From assembly GCF_003334405.1 (NCBI RefSeq), contig NZ_QOWM01000003.1: a stretch of 64,000 nt of DNA; one strand, 5' to 3'. Below, piece by piece: positions 1 to 14,802 of the stretch. The first letter of the stretch is position 1; each line of letters begins with the position of its first letter. The position numbers were made by a program, and so were the translations under genes. This stretch comes from Escherichia coli (GTDB lineage Bacteria; Pseudomonadota; Gammaproteobacteria; Enterobacterales; Enterobacteriaceae). The notes beneath the pieces were generated by a model. It worked only from the letters and a program-made list of their open reading frames with translations, made no database searches and was not told the DNA's origin.

Positions 1-860
1 ATCATCTGGGTCGCCGTGATTACCGCTCGGTTTAGCTGACGCGCACGACGGATCAACGCTTTCTGAATGCCGACCAGTTCCGGGTCGCCAATTTCCACAC
101 CGAGGTCGCCACGTGCAACCATTACCACGTCAGAGGCGAGGATGATGTCATCCATTGCATCCTGGCTGCAAACGGCTTCCGCACGTTCAACCTTGGCAAC
201 AATTTTCGCATCACATCCTGCATCGCGTGCCAGGCGACGGGCATAGTTCAGATCTTCGCCACAGCGTGGGAAGGAGACAGCCAGGTAATCTACGCCAATC
301 AACGCCGCAGTCTTAATGTCTGCTTTGTCTTTTTCGGTCAGCGCTTCAGCCGACAAACCGCCGCCAAGTTTGTTGATACCTTTATTGTTGGAGAGGGGAC
401 CACCGACGGTGACTTCGGTGAACACTTTCATGCCCTGAACTTCCAGTACTTTTAACTGGACGCGACCATCGTCCAGCAGCAGGATGTCACCAGGCACGAC
501 GTCAGCAGGCAGGCCTTTGTAGTCGATACCGACTTTTTCTTTGTCGCCTTCACCTTTACCCAGGTTGGCGTCGAGCAGGAATTTATCCCCAATATTGAGG
601 AAAACTTTGCCTTCTTTAAAGGTGGATACACGGATTTTGGGCCCCTGGAGGTCACCCAGAATAGCCACATGACGCCCCAGTTTTGCGGCAATCTCACGAA
701 CTTTATCCGCGCGCATTTTGTGATCTTCAGGCGAGCCGTGAGAAAAGTTCATACGTACAACGTTGGCACCCGCCGCGATAACTTTTTCAAGATTATTATC
801 GCGATCTGTTGCTGGGCCTAACGTGGTAACGATTTTTGTTCTGCGAAGCCTTCTGGACAT
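1..860 (-). CDS. pykA: Pyruvate kinase II, N-terminal ~286 codons; 3' end lies beyond window start
   Basis: Reverse-complement translation from the ATG at 858-860 reads [42 protein letters not shown]..., recognised as PykA. Not in the ORF track because no in-window stop. Confidence 0.9.
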
Positions 861-987
861 GTAATACTCCGTTGACTGAAACAACCAGGTGTTGCTTGAA
901 CATGAAATCCGAATGAAATAACGCCGCGATGGCGATAAATTAATCTCATTCGGATGTCGTATAAGATTAGGACAGTGACAGTCGTTT

Positions 988-1857
988 TTAGCGATCGTCA
1001 CTTAAATTAAGTAACTGCTTATCAAAACGCGATTCCTTCAGCGCTTCTTTGACCCGCTTCAAGTTATCTCTGAATTTTGCACCGCGTCGCAAAGTAAATC
1101 CTGTCGCCAGCACATCTATCACGGTCAGCTGTGCAAGTCGAGAAACCATGGGCATATAAATGTCAGTATCTTCCGGTACGTCGAGGGTAATTGCCAGCGT
1201 TGCTTCCCGGGCGAGCGGGGTACCCGCAGAGGTGAGGGCAATCACCATGGCGTCGTTTTCGCGTGCCAGCTGCGCCAGCTCGACCAGATTTTTTGTTCTT
1301 CCAGTGTGAGAAATCAGCACCACCACGTCTCCGTCGCTACAATTCATACAACTCATGCGTTGCAGCACGATATCATCGGAGTACACCACCGGAACATTAA
1401 AACGAAAGAACTTATTCATCGCATCGTGGGCAACGGCGGCTGAAGAGCCTAATCCGAAAAAGGCGATTTTTTTTGCCTGAGTGAGCAAGTCGACGGCGCG
1501 GTTGATGGCAGATTTATCCAGTGAATGACGGACATGATCAAGCGTTGCCATTGCGGACTCAAATATTTTCCCTGTGTATGATTCAACGCTGTCATCTTCA
1601 TTGACATTGCGATTAACATAGGGAGTGCCATTCGCCAGACTCTGTGCCAGATGAAGTTTAAAATCAGGAAAACCGCGCGTGTCCATGCTGCGACAGAAAC
1701 GATTCACCGTCGGTTCGCTAACATTGGCTTCCAGTGCCATAGCAGCAATACTCGAATGGATCGCGTTATCGGGCGAAGCCAGAATGACCTCGGCAACTTT
1801 GCGCTCTGATTTGCTCAAATGTTCCAGCTGAGACTGGATTTTTTCCAGCATATTCAT
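988..1857 (-). CDS. hexR: RpiR/SIS-family transcriptional regulator HexR
   Basis: Track ORF 289 aa ([31 protein letters not shown]...); divergent from zwf as in K-12. Confidence 0.92.
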
Positions 1858-2070
1858 GATGTAAAGAGACTCACGGGTAATGACGATTTCCGCACTGAAA
1901 GAAATCGAAATGCAGTTTTGTCAGATATTACGCCTGTGTGCCGTGTTAATGACAAAAGCAGATAAAAAAGTTGTTATTTTTTTTCATAACATGATCAGTG
2001 TCAGATTTTTACCCAATGGAAAACGATGATTTTTTTATCAGTTTTGCCGCACTTTGCGCGCTTTTCCCGT

Positions 2071-2133
2071 AATCGCACGGGTGGATAAGCGTTTACAGTT
2101 TTCGCAAGCTCGTAAAAGCAGTACAGTGCACCG
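2071..2133 (+). promoter_or_regulatory. Putative zwf promoter region with mar/sox-box-like element and -35-like TTTACA
   Basis: aatcgcacgggtggataagc resembles a SoxS/MarA/Rob box next to a TTTACA hexamer about 100 nt upstream of the zwf ATG. Placement by eye. Confidence 0.35.
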
Positions 2134-2194
2134 TAAGAAAATTACAAGTATACCCTGGCTTAAGTACCGGGTTAGTTAACTTAAGGAGAATGAC

Positions 2195-3670
2195 ATGGCG
2201 GTAACGCAAACAGCCCAGGCCTGTGACCTGGTCATTTTCGGCGCGAAAGGCGACCTTGCGCGTCGTAAATTGCTGCCTTCCCTGTATCAACTGGAAAAAG
2301 CCGGTCAGCTCAACCCGGACACCCGGATTATCGGCGTAGGGCGTGCTGACTGGGATAAAGCGGCATATACCAAAGTTGTCCGCGAGGCGCTCGAAACTTT
2401 CATGAAAGAAACCATTGATGAAGGTTTATGGGACACCCTGAGTGCACGTCTGGATTTTTGTAATCTCGATGTCAATGACACTGCTGCATTCAGCCGTCTC
2501 GGCGCGATGCTGGATCAAAAAAATCGTATCACCATTAACTACTTTGCCATGCCGCCCAGCACTTTTGGCGCAATTTGCAAAGGGCTTGGCGAGGCAAAAC
2601 TGAATGCTAAACCGGCACGCGTAGTCATGGAGAAACCGCTGGGGACGTCGCTGGCGACCTCGCAGGAAATCAATGATCAGGTTGGCGAATACTTCGAGGA
2701 GTGCCAGGTTTACCGTATCGACCACTATCTTGGTAAAGAAACGGTGCTGAACCTGTTGGCGCTGCGTTTTGCTAACTCCCTGTTTGTGAATAACTGGGAC
2801 AATCGCACCATTGATCATGTTGAGATTACCGTGGCAGAAGAAGTGGGGATCGAAGGGCGCTGGGGCTATTTTGATAAAGCCGGTCAGATGCGCGACATGA
2901 TCCAGAACCACCTGCTGCAAATTCTTTGCATGATTGCGATGTCTCCGCCGTCTGACCTGAGCGCAGACAGCATCCGCGATGAAAAAGTGAAAGTACTGAA
3001 GTCTCTGCGCCGCATCGACCGCTCCAACGTACGCGAAAAAACCGTACGCGGGCAATATACTGCGGGCTTCGCCCAGGGCAAAAAAGTGCCGGGATATCTG
3101 GAAGAAGAGGGCGCGAACAAGAGCAGCAATACAGAAACTTTCGTGGCGATCCGCGTCGACATTGATAACTGGCGCTGGGCCGGTGTGCCATTCTACCTGC
3201 GTACTGGTAAACGTCTGCCGACCAAATGTTCTGAAGTCGTGGTCTATTTCAAAACACCTGAACTGAATCTGTTTAAAGAATCGTGGCAGGATCTGCCGCA
3301 GAATAAACTGACTATCCGTCTGCAACCTGATGAAGGCGTGGATATCCAGGTACTGAATAAAGTTCCTGGCCTTGACCACAAACATAACCTGCAAATCACC
3401 AAGCTGGATCTGAGCTATTCAGAAACCTTTAATCAGACGCATCTGGCGGATGCCTATGAACGTTTGCTGCTGGAAACCATGCGTGGTATTCAGGCACTGT
3501 TTGTACGTCGCGACGAAGTGGAAGAAGCCTGGAAATGGGTAGACTCCATTACTGAGGCGTGGGCGATGGACAATGATGCGCCGAAACCGTATCAGGCCGG
3601 AACCTGGGGACCCGTTGCCTCGGTGGCGATGATTACCCGTGATGGTCGTTCCTGGAATGAGTTTGAGTAA
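2195..3670 (+). CDS. zwf: Glucose-6-phosphate 1-dehydrogenase
   Basis: Track ORF 491 aa, [33 protein letters not shown]..., with the RIDHYLGKE motif characteristic of G6PD. Confidence 0.97.
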   Translation: MAVTQTAQACDLVIFGAKGDLARRKLLPSLYQLEKAGQLNPDTRIIGVGRADWDKAAYTKVVREALETFMKETIDEGLWDTLSARLDFCNLDVNDTAAFSRLGAMLDQKNRITINYFAMPPSTFGAICKGLGEAKLNAKPARVVMEKPLGTSLATSQEINDQVGEYFEECQVYRIDHYLGKETVLNLLALRFANSLFVNNWDNRTIDHVEITVAEEVGIEGRWGYFDKAGQMRDMIQNHLLQILCMIAMSPPSDLSADSIRDEKVKVLKSLRRIDRSNVREKTVRGQYTAGFAQGKKVPGYLEEEGANKSSNTETFVAIRVDIDNWRWAGVPFYLRTGKRLPTKCSEVVVYFKTPELNLFKESWQDLPQNKLTIRLQPDEGVDIQVLNKVPGLDHKHNLQITKLDLSYSETFNQTHLADAYERLLLETMRGIQALFVRRDEVEEAWKWVDSITEAWAMDNDAPKPYQAGTWGPVASVAMITRDGRSWNEFE

Positions 3671-3693
3671 TATCTGCGCTTATCCTTTATGGT

Positions 3694-3712
3694 TATTTTA
3701 CCGGTAACATGA
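3694..3712. promoter_or_regulatory. GntR-type operator-like palindrome upstream of edd
   Basis: ttttaccggtaacatg contains the perfect palindrome ttaccggtaa; edd-eda is a known GntR target. Its position upstream of the zwf terminator hairpin makes the assignment tentative. Confidence 0.4.
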
Positions 3713-3748
3713 TCTTGCGCAGATTGTAGAACAATTTTTACACTTTCA

Positions 3749-3784
3749 GGCCTCGTGCGGATTCACCCACGAGGCTTTTTTTAT
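3749..3784 (+). terminator. Rho-independent terminator after zwf
   Basis: GC hairpin cctcgtg...cacgagg followed by a T-run (cttttttt). Confidence 0.6.
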
Positions 3785-3904
3785 TACACTGACTGAAACG
3801 TTTTTGCCCTATGAGCTCCGGTTACAGGCGTTTCAGTCATAAATCCTCTGAATGAAACGCGTTGTGAATCATCCTGCTCTGACAACTCAATTTCAGGAGC
3901 CTTT

Positions 3905-5716
3905 ATGAATCCACAATTGTTACGCGTAACAAATCGAATCATTGAACGTTCGCGCGAGACTCGCTCTGCTTATCTCGCCCGGATAGAACAAGCGAAAACT
4001 TCGACCGTTCATCGTTCGCAGTTGGCATGCGGTAACCTGGCACACGGTTTCGCTGCCTGCCAGCCAGAAGACAAAGCCTCTTTGAAAAGCATGTTGCGTA
4101 ACAATATCGCCATCATCACCTCCTATAACGACATGCTCTCCGCGCACCAGCCTTATGAACACTATCCAGAAATCATTCGTAAAGCCCTGCATGAAGCGAA
4201 TGCGGTTGGTCAGGTTGCGGGCGGTGTTCCGGCGATGTGTGATGGTGTCACCCAGGGGCAGGATGGAATGGAATTGTCGCTGCTAAGCCGCGAAGTGATA
4301 GCGATGTCTGCGGCGGTGGGGCTGTCCCATAACATGTTTGATGGTGCTCTGTTCCTCGGTGTGTGCGACAAGATTGTCCCGGGTCTGACGATGGCAGCCC
4401 TGTCGTTTGGTCATTTGCCTGCGGTGTTTGTGCCGTCTGGACCGATGGCAAGCGGTTTGCCAAATAAAGAAAAAGTGCGTATTCGCCAGCTTTATGCCGA
4501 AGGTAAAGTGGACCGCATGGCCTTACTGGAGTCAGAAGCCGCGTCTTACCATGCGCCGGGAACATGTACTTTCTACGGTACTGCCAACACCAACCAGATG
4601 GTGGTGGAGTTTATGGGGATGCAGTTGCCAGGCTCTTCTTTTGTTCATCCGGATTCTCCGCTGCGCGATGCTTTGACCGCCGCAGCTGCGCGTCAGGTTA
4701 CACGCATGACCGGTAATGGTAATGAATGGATGCCGATCGGTAAGATGATCGATGAGAAAGTGGTGGTGAACGGTATCGTTGCACTGCTGGCGACCGGTGG
4801 TTCCACTAACCACACCATGCACCTGGTGGCGATGGCGCGCGCGGCCGGTATTCAGATTAACTGGGATGACTTCTCTGACCTTTCTGATGTTGTACCGCTG
4901 ATGGCACGTCTCTACCCGAACGGTCCGGCCGATATTAACCACTTCCAGGCGGCAGGTGGCGTACCGGTTCTGGTGCGTGAACTGCTCAAAGCAGGCCTGC
5001 TGCATGAAGATGTCAATACGGTGGCAGGTTTTGGTCTGTCTCGTTATACCCTTGAACCATGGCTGAATAATGGTGAACTGGACTGGCGGGAAGGGGCGGA
5101 AAAATCACTCGACAGCAATGTGATCGCTTCCTTCGAACAACCTTTCTCTCATCATGGTGGGACAAAAGTGTTAAGCGGTAACCTGGGCCGTGCGGTTATG
5201 AAAACCTCTGCCGTGCCGGTTGAGAACCAGGTGATTGAAGCGCCAGCGGTTGTTTTTGAAAGCCAGCATGACGTTATGCCGGCCTTTGAAGCGGGTTTGC
5301 TGGACCGCGATTGTGTCGTTGTTGTCCGTCATCAGGGGCCAAAAGCGAACGGAATGCCAGAATTACATAAACTCATGCCGCCACTTGGTGTATTATTGGA
5401 CCGGTGTTTCAAAATTGCGTTAGTTACCGATGGACGACTCTCCGGCGCTTCAGGTAAAGTGCCGTCAGCTATCCACGTAACACCAGAAGCCTACGATGGC
5501 GGGCTGCTGGCAAAAGTGCGCGACGGGGACATCATTCGTGTGAATGGACAGACAGGCGAACTGACGCTGCTGGTAGACGAAGCGGAACTGGCTGCTCGCG
5601 AACCGCACATTCCTGACCTGAGCGCGTCACGCGTGGGAACAGGACGTGAATTATTCAGCGCCTTGCGTGAAAAACTGTCCGGTGCCGAACAGGGCGCAAC
5701 CTGTATCACTTTTTAA
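3905..5716 (+). CDS. edd: Phosphogluconate dehydratase (Entner-Doudoroff)
   Basis: Track ORF 603 aa, ILVD/EDD dehydratase family; followed 36 nt later by eda. Confidence 0.96.
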   Translation: MNPQLLRVTNRIIERSRETRSAYLARIEQAKTSTVHRSQLACGNLAHGFAACQPEDKASLKSMLRNNIAIITSYNDMLSAHQPYEHYPEIIRKALHEANAVGQVAGGVPAMCDGVTQGQDGMELSLLSREVIAMSAAVGLSHNMFDGALFLGVCDKIVPGLTMAALSFGHLPAVFVPSGPMASGLPNKEKVRIRQLYAEGKVDRMALLESEAASYHAPGTCTFYGTANTNQMVVEFMGMQLPGSSFVHPDSPLRDALTAAAARQVTRMTGNGNEWMPIGKMIDEKVVVNGIVALLATGGSTNHTMHLVAMARAAGIQINWDDFSDLSDVVPLMARLYPNGPADINHFQAAGGVPVLVRELLKAGLLHEDVNTVAGFGLSRYTLEPWLNNGELDWREGAEKSLDSNVIASFEQPFSHHGGTKVLSGNLGRAVMKTSAVPVENQVIEAPAVVFESQHDVMPAFEAGLLDRDCVVVVRHQGPKANGMPELHKLMPPLGVLLDRCFKIALVTDGRLSGASGKVPSAIHVTPEAYDGGLLAKVRDGDIIRVNGQTGELTLLVDEAELAAREPHIPDLSASRVGTGRELFSALREKLSGAEQGATCITF

Positions 5717-5752
5717 GACGACAAATTTGTAATCAGGCGAGAGAAAACTCTG

Positions 5753-6394
5753 ATGAAAAACTGGAAAACAAGTGCAGAATCAATCCTGACCACCGGCCCG
5801 GTTGTACCGGTTATCGTGGTAAAAAAACTGGAACACGCGGTGCCGATGGCAAAAGCGTTGGTTGCTGGTGGGGTGCGCGTTCTGGAAGTGACTCTGCGTA
5901 CCGAGTGTGCAGTTGACGCTATCCGTGCTATCGCCAAAGAAGTGCCTGAAGCGATTGTGGGTGCCGGTACGGTGCTGAATCCACAGCAGCTGGCAGAAGT
6001 CACTGAAGCGGGTGCACAGTTCGCAATTAGCCCGGGTCTGACCGAGCCGCTGCTGAAAGCTGCTACCGAAGGGACTATTCCTCTGATTCCGGGGATCAGC
6101 ACTGTTTCCGAACTGATGCTGGGTATGGACTACGGTTTGAAAGAGTTCAAATTCTTCCCGGCTGAAGCTAACGGCGGCGTGAAAGCCCTGCAGGCGATCG
6201 CGGGTCCGTTCTCCCAGGTCCGTTTCTGCCCGACGGGTGGTATTTCTCCGGCTAACTACCGTGACTACCTGGCGCTGAAAAGCGTGCTGTGCATCGGTGG
6301 TTCCTGGCTGGTTCCGGCAGATGCGCTGGAAGCGGGCGATTACGACCGCATTACTAAGCTGGCGCGTGAAGCTGTAGAAGGCGCTAAGCTGTAA
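5753..6394 (+). CDS. eda: KDPG / 4-hydroxy-2-oxoglutarate aldolase
   Basis: Track ORF 213 aa, [53 protein letters not shown]... Confidence 0.96.
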
Positions 6395-6395
6395 A

Positions 6396-6431
6396 AGTCA
6401 AAATGCCCGATCGAGGATCGGGCATTTTTGT
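6396..6431. terminator. Bidirectional terminator between convergent eda and purT
   Basis: Hairpin gcccgatcgaggatcgggc flanked by an A-run upstream and T-run downstream. Confidence 0.6.
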
Positions 6432-6449
6432 AGCGTTTTTTTGCCGGGT

Positions 6450-7628
6450 TTAACCCTGTACTTTTACCTGTCCGGCGGCGTGCTTCGCGCGTTCAATGGC
6501 GTCAACAACACTCTCTGCAGTAGCCAGTGCCACCCCCAGACGACGGCTGCCATCAATTTCCGGCTTACCAAATAAACGAATCTGCAAATCTGCGCCTACG
6601 GCATTCTGCACATTATCAAACGTGACATTCTGACTGGTCAGTTGTGGCAGAATAACGGCAGAAGCTGCAGGACCATACTGACGGATCCCGCCAACCGGAA
6701 GTCCGAGGAAGGCACGTACATGCAGGGCAAACTCTGAGAGATCTTGAGAAATTAACGTCACCATCCCGGTATCATGTGGACGAGGGGAGACCTCACTGAA
6801 AATCACCTCATCACCACAGACAAATAGCTCGACACCAAACAACCCATAACCGCCCAGTGCCAGCACCACTTTACGGGCAATCTCCTGCGCACGTTCAAGG
6901 GCAAGCGGGCTCATTTGCTGTGGTTGCCAGGATTCACGGTAGTCGCCATCTTCCTGGCGATGACCTACTGGTGCACAGAAATGGACGCCATCCACCGCGC
7001 TGACGGTTAGCAGGGTAATTTCGAAGTCAAACTTAACGACGCCTTCAACAATTACGCGGCCCGCTCCGGCGCGACCGCCTTGCTGAGCGTACTTCCATGC
7101 CTGAGCAAGTTGCTCTGCAGAACGAATAAACGTCTGCCCCTTGCCGGAAGAGCTCATCACCGGTTTTACAATGCAGGGATAGCCAATGTCAGCAACCGCC
7201 TCGCGGAAAAGGCTTTCGCTATCGGCAAAACGATAAGTGGAAGTGGGCAGCTGCAGCTCTTCTGCCGCCAGGCGACGGATACCCTCGCGATTCATCGTTA
7301 ATTTCGTTGCGCGAGCGCAGGGGACAACATTCAGTCCTTCCTCTTCAAGTTGGATCAGCATATCGGTGGCAATAGCTTCGATCTCCGGCACGATATAATG
7401 TGGTTTTTCCAGTTCAACCACACGGCGTAATGCATCACCATCAAGCATATTAATGACATGGGAGCGATGCGCGACATGCATGGCTGGTGCGTCGGCATAG
7501 CGATCGACGGCAATCACCTCTACGCCGAGACGCTGACACTCGATTGCCACTTCTTTACCCAGTTCACCGGAGCCTAATAACATCACGCGAGTTGCTGCCG
7601 GACGCAGCGCAGTGCCTAATAACGTCAT
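6450..7628 (-). CDS. purT: Formate-dependent GAR transformylase (PurT)
   Basis: Track ORF 392 aa, ATP-grasp fold, [44 protein letters not shown]... Confidence 0.95.
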   Translation of the reverse strand: MTLLGTALRPAATRVMLLGSGELGKEVAIECQRLGVEVIAVDRYADAPAMHVAHRSHVINMLDGDALRRVVELEKPHYIVPEIEAIATDMLIQLEEEGLNVVPCARATKLTMNREGIRRLAAEELQLPTSTYRFADSESLFREAVADIGYPCIVKPVMSSSGKGQTFIRSAEQLAQAWKYAQQGGRAGAGRVIVEGVVKFDFEITLLTVSAVDGVHFCAPVGHRQEDGDYRESWQPQQMSPLALERAQEIARKVVLALGGYGLFGVELFVCGDEVIFSEVSPRPHDTGMVTLISQDLSEFALHVRAFLGLPVGGIRQYGPAASAVILPQLTSQNVTFDNVQNAVGADLQIRLFGKPEIDGSRRLGVALATAESVVDAIERAKHAAGQVKVQG

Positions 7629-7665
7629 AACGAATATCCCCTGATTAATTCCGCGCGCAGTATAA

Positions 7666-7681
7666 ACGAAAACGTTTGCGT
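7666..7681. promoter_or_regulatory. PurR box upstream of purT
   Basis: acgaaaacgtttgcgt is a near-perfect match to the PurR operator palindrome ACGCAAACGTTTGCGT, 40-55 nt upstream of the purT start. Confidence 0.55.
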
Positions 7682-7724
7682 GTGTCTTTATTGCTGATGT
7701 TGATTTCTCAACCGAAAAGAAATA

Positions 7725-7744
7725 TACTGTATAAAATCACAGTT
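7725..7744. promoter_or_regulatory. LexA (SOS) box upstream of yebG
   Basis: tactgtataaaatcacagtt fits CTGT-N8-ACAG; yebG is a known SOS-inducible gene. Confidence 0.6.
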
Positions 7745-7761
7745 ATTATGAGAGGCTGCAA

Positions 7762-8052
7762 ATGGCGGTTGAAGTTAAATACGTAGTCATTCGTGAGGGC
7801 GAAGAGAAAATGTCGTTTACCAGCAAAAAGGAAGCCGATGCTTATGACAAAATGCTTGATACGGCGGATCTGCTTGACACCTGGCTGACAAATTCTCCAG
7901 TGCAAATGGAAGACGAGCAACGTGAAGCCCTTTCGCTATGGCTGGCAGAACAAAAAGATGTGCTGAGCACCATTCTGAAAACCGGCAAATTACCGTCCCC
8001 ACAGGTCGTCGGTGCTGAATCCGAAGAGGAAGATGCCTCACACGCGGCCTGA
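7762..8052 (+). CDS. yebG: DNA damage-inducible protein YebG
   Basis: Track ORF 96 aa, MAVEVKYVVIREGEEKMSFTSKKEADAYDKMLD... Confidence 0.9.
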   Translation: MAVEVKYVVIREGEEKMSFTSKKEADAYDKMLDTADLLDTWLTNSPVQMEDEQREALSLWLAEQKDVLSTILKTGKLPSPQVVGAESEEEDASHAA

Positions 8053-8070
8053 AGCAACTTGCGCTCCTGA

Positions 8071-8475
<405 letters not shown>

Positions 8476-8499
8476 TGGCTTCTGATAATTCGATTGACT

Positions 8500-8590
8500 G
8501 TTGGCGGATGCGGCGCGAGTGCCTTGTCCGCCCCAGAACGCACCACAATCGTAGGCCTGAGAAGACGCAACAGCGTCGCATCGGGCAATC
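8500..8590. repeat. REP/BIME-type extragenic palindromic repeats
   Basis: ggatgcggcgcgagtgccttgtccgcc and cgtaggcctgagaagacgcaacagcgtcgcatcgggc match the two REP consensus types (GCCGGATGCGGCG... and ...GCGTCGCATCAGGC) just downstream of yebF. Confidence 0.55.
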
Positions 8591-8801
8591 AGCATCAAAC
8601 AATGCCACTCAAAACGACAAACTACTTTCACCTAAAATACCCTTATCACCTGATATACAGTAAATACCTTACCTGGCGCGAATTTCTTTGAATAACGGCC
8701 TACCGCCCCGCTTATTTGCGCATCTTTTGTCTCGATATACATTTTCTGACATCCTCATCCGCTATGCTACAGGCACTAAAAATGGTTATTGAGGAGCAAA
8801 T

Positions 8802-9461
8802 ATGGCTAACTGGTTAAATCAACTGCAATCCCTGCTTGGGCAAAGCAGTTCTTCTACCTCCTCGTCTGCGGATCAGGGATTGGTCAAACTGTTAGTGCCA
8901 GGCGCATTAGGCGGACTGGCTGGGCTGCTGGTCGCAAATAAATCAGCACGTAAACTTCTTACGAAATATGGCACCAACGCGTTACTGGTTGGCGGCGGAG
9001 CGGTAGCGGGTACGGTGCTGTGGAATAAATACAAAGATAAAATTCGCGCGGCGCATCAGGACGAACCGCAGTTTGGCGCGCAAAGTACGCCGCTGGATGA
9101 GCGTACAGCACGTTTGATCCTTGCGCTGGTCTTTGCCGCTAAAAGTGATGGTCATATTGATGCCAAAGAACGTGCGGCAATCGACCAGCAATTGCGTGGA
9201 GCCGGCGTGGAAGAGCAGGGGCGTGTACTCATTGAGCAGGCAATCGAACAACCGCTGGATCCACAACGCCTGGCTACCGGGGTCCGCAATGAAGAAGAGG
9301 CGCTGGAAATCTATTTCCTGAGTTGCGCGGCTATTGATATTGACCATTTTATGGAACGCAGTTACCTGAATGCACTGGGTGACGCGCTGAAAATCCCCCA
9401 GGATGTTCGTGACGGCATTGAACGCGATCTCGAACAGCAAAAACGCACTTTGGCGGAATAA
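8802..9461 (+). CDS. yebE: Inner-membrane protein YebE (DUF533)
   Basis: Track ORF 219 aa, [26 protein letters not shown]... Confidence 0.9.
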
Positions 9462-9642
9462 TTCCGCTCTCTGGATAGCCTGAAGTTGACTATTTCGGGC
9501 TATCCAGAATCGCACAGCCATTTGAACAGGCTGATTTTCTCTGTCTGCATAACATTCGATATCCGCGCCATTACCTGTCATCATCTAAGCAATGACTCCC
9601 CTGTTTCGCTTGCATCCCCGGTGAGTTTTGCCACCCTTATAA

Positions 9643-12389
<2,747 letters not shown>

Positions 12390-12412
12390 GGCATGCTCCA
12401 GGCCGAAAAAGC

Positions 12413-13069
12413 CTAGCGTAATGGAATGATATCGCCTTGCCAACCCTGTGATGAACGCTGACCGACTAACAATAATGAACCACGATCGGCGCGAACGATG
12501 AGACGACCATATTCATCCCATAGTGCACTGTTACCACGGGCATTTGCCATCAGCACGGCAATCGAGTACTGATGTGAAAAAAATTGTAAGCGACGGGCCG
12601 ACGCCAGCAGGTCGGGTTCTCCCAGACATTGCCCTGTAGTAAACAGTGAACAGGTCGGGTCCATATCCATACCTTGCGGTTGTTCATCGACCACCGTGAT
12701 GGTTCTGGAACGACGGCCCAGACATGCACCATGACTCTGATGGTAGATCCCAGGCGTTTTTCGCCACGGTGCGAACACCGCAATTCCACGAATAAAGCGA
12801 TCGTTATATTCAACGGGAAGGCCGGCAATGATGGTCATTCGCCAGGTCGTTGCGGCATAACAAAGCGGGTCTAACAGTGAGAGATCGGGTGGGGCAGGAA
12901 GGGCACGTCGCGAATAATCACACCCCAGTAAAGAAAGCGATGGAAAAACTAACAGCTGACATTGTTGCCTGGCGGCGGCCCTCACAAACTCCAGATGATG
13001 AGCTACCTGTTCGGTGAGTGAGGTTTTACGAGGCTCATATTGCGCTGCTGCAACTTTCCAGAACGACAT
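12413..13069 (-). CDS. yobB: Carbon-nitrogen hydrolase family protein YobB
   Basis: Track ORF 218 aa, MSFWKVAAAQYEPRKTSLTEQVAHHLEF... Confidence 0.88.
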   Translation of the reverse strand: MSFWKVAAAQYEPRKTSLTEQVAHHLEFVRAAARQQCQLLVFPSLSLLGCDYSRRALPAPPDLSLLDPLCYAATTWRMTIIAGLPVEYNDRFIRGIAVFAPWRKTPGIYHQSHGACLGRRSRTITVVDEQPQGMDMDPTCSLFTTGQCLGEPDLLASARRLQFFSHQYSIAVLMANARGNSALWDEYGRLIVRADRGSLLLVGQRSSQGWQGDIIPLR

Positions 13070-13170
13070 AATGACTTCCTTTTCAAAAGGACTGCAAATT
13101 ATGAGTGCGGTTTAGAAAATACTCATAATTTAGCAGGCGTTATGTAAGAAAGTGTAACTCTGTATAAGTT

Positions 13171-13401
13171 TTATTTAAGTTTGGGCTCGTAAGGTAAACG
13201 TGACAGATTGACCGAAGCCAAACGGTGGGCAATAAGCCGCTCGCGAAACCAGCTGCGCAAATGTTCAGGCTGTTCACGTTCAACCGCTTCAGCGATCACC
13301 GGCATATTGTAGCGTTCTTTAAATGCCACCCCGGCCGCCGCCAAATCGACATTCACTTTATCCATTTCTGTTTGATCCAGTTTAGCCAGATTCTTCAGCA
13401 T
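13171..13401 (-). CDS. holE: DNA polymerase III theta subunit
   Basis: Track ORF 13171-13488 trimmed to [35 protein letters not shown]... (76 aa). Confidence 0.9.
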
Positions 13402-13539
13402 TCTTAATCTCCTCATCATTCGCGGGCAAAAGTTACTAAGAGTGAGCCAGGATGGCAAGCCGGAATTGATGATCCTCGACTCAGACATTAGACAAGGTTA
13501 TGCTCTGTAAAAAAGTTATTACAAAAAGGAATAGATAAT

Positions 13540-13914
13540 ATGGCTTCAACTGCACGCTCCCTTCGCTACGCGCTGGCAATCCTGACCACTTCGTTGGTGA
13601 CACCTTCCGTCTGGGCACATGCGCATTTAACGCATCAGTATCCTGCGGCAAACGCGCAAGTGACAGCTGCACCGCAGGCAATCACTTTAAACTTCTCGGA
13701 AGGTGTTGAAACAGGATTCAGTGGTGCAAAAATCACGGGGCCAAAAAACGAAAATATTAAAACATTACCGGCGAAGCGAAATGAGCAGGACCAAAAGCAA
13801 CTGATTGTTCCACTGGCCGATTCGCTGAAACCCGGAACCTACACCGTTGACTGGCATGTTGTTTCGGTGGACGGGCATAAAACGAAAGGACACTACACCT
13901 TTAGCGTGAAATAA
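13540..13914 (+). CDS. yobA: CopC-family periplasmic copper-binding protein YobA
   Basis: Track ORF 124 aa; signal peptide ending ...PSVWA followed by HAHL (N-terminal His typical of CopC). Confidence 0.9.
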   Translation: MASTARSLRYALAILTTSLVTPSVWAHAHLTHQYPAANAQVTAAPQAITLNFSEGVETGFSGAKITGPKNENIKTLPAKRNEQDQKQLIVPLADSLKPGTYTVDWHVVSVDGHKTKGHYTFSVK

Positions 13915-13917
13915 ATC

Positions 13918-14790
13918 ATGCTGGCGTTTACCTGGATCGCGCTGCGATTTATCCATTTCACCTCGCTGATGCTGGTTTTTGGCTTCGCAATGTACGGTGC
14001 CTGGCTGGCCCCCTTGACGATTCGTCGCTTGCTGGCGAAGCGTTTTCTGCGTTTACAACAGCACGCTGCCGTCTGGAGTTTGATCAGTGCCACTGCAATG
14101 CTCGCCGTTCAGGGCGGGTTGATGGGAACGGGATGGACAGATGTATTTTCGCCAAACATTTGGCAGGCTGTTTTGCAAACGCAGTTTGGTGGCATCTGGT
14201 TATGGCAAATTGTTCTCGCCCTCGTAACGTTGATCGTCGCCCTTATGCAACCGCGGAATATGCCACGTTTGCTGTTTATGCTCACTACCGCGCAATTTAT
14301 TCTGCTGGCGGGAGTGGGGCATGCGACGCTGAATGAAGGGGTAACAGCGAAAATCCATCAGACTAATCACGCGATTCACCTGATTTGTGCGGCGGCGTGG
14401 TTTGGGGGATTACTGCCGGTGCTCTGGTGTATGCAACTCATCAAAGGCCGTTGGCGACACCAGGCTATTCAGGCGCTGATGCGTTTTTCCTGGTGCGGGC
14501 ATTTTGCGGTGATCGGCGTACTGGCAAGCGGCGTGCTTAATGCATTGTTGATTACCGGATTTCCCCCCACGCTTACGACTTACTGGGGCCAACTCTTATT
14601 GCTCAAAGCCATCCTGGTGATGATTATGGTGGTCATTGCGCTGGCTAATCGTTATGTTCTTGTACCGCGCATGAGGCAGGATGAAGATCGTGCGGCACCC
14701 TGGTTTGTGTGGATGACTAAACTCGAATGGGCGATAGGTGCGGTAGTGCTGGTGATCATCAGCCTGCTTGCGACTCTCGAACCTTTTTGA
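13918..14790 (+). CDS. yebZ: CopD-family inner-membrane protein YebZ
   Basis: Track ORF 290 aa, polytopic membrane protein; start 4 nt after the yobA stop. Confidence 0.9.
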   Translation: MLAFTWIALRFIHFTSLMLVFGFAMYGAWLAPLTIRRLLAKRFLRLQQHAAVWSLISATAMLAVQGGLMGTGWTDVFSPNIWQAVLQTQFGGIWLWQIVLALVTLIVALMQPRNMPRLLFMLTTAQFILLAGVGHATLNEGVTAKIHQTNHAIHLICAAAWFGGLLPVLWCMQLIKGRWRHQAIQALMRFSWCGHFAVIGVLASGVLNALLITGFPPTLTTYWGQLLLLKAILVMIMVVIALANRYVLVPRMRQDEDRAAPWFVWMTKLEWAIGAVVLVIISLLATLEPF

Positions 14791-14802
14791 TGGATTACGA
14801 AA

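Noticed and set aside
452-697. 81-aa minus-strand track ORF
   Set aside because: Lies inside pykA in a different frame; the pykA frame is continuous and recognisable, so this is a shadow ORF.
2426-3394. 322-aa minus-strand ORF (plus nested 121- and 92-aa ORFs)
   Set aside because: Antisense to zwf; no independent start context and a low-complexity Arg/Cys/Ser-rich translation typical of shadow frames.
8982-9584. 200-aa minus-strand ORF
   Set aside because: Antisense to yebE and its downstream spacer; no homology recognised.
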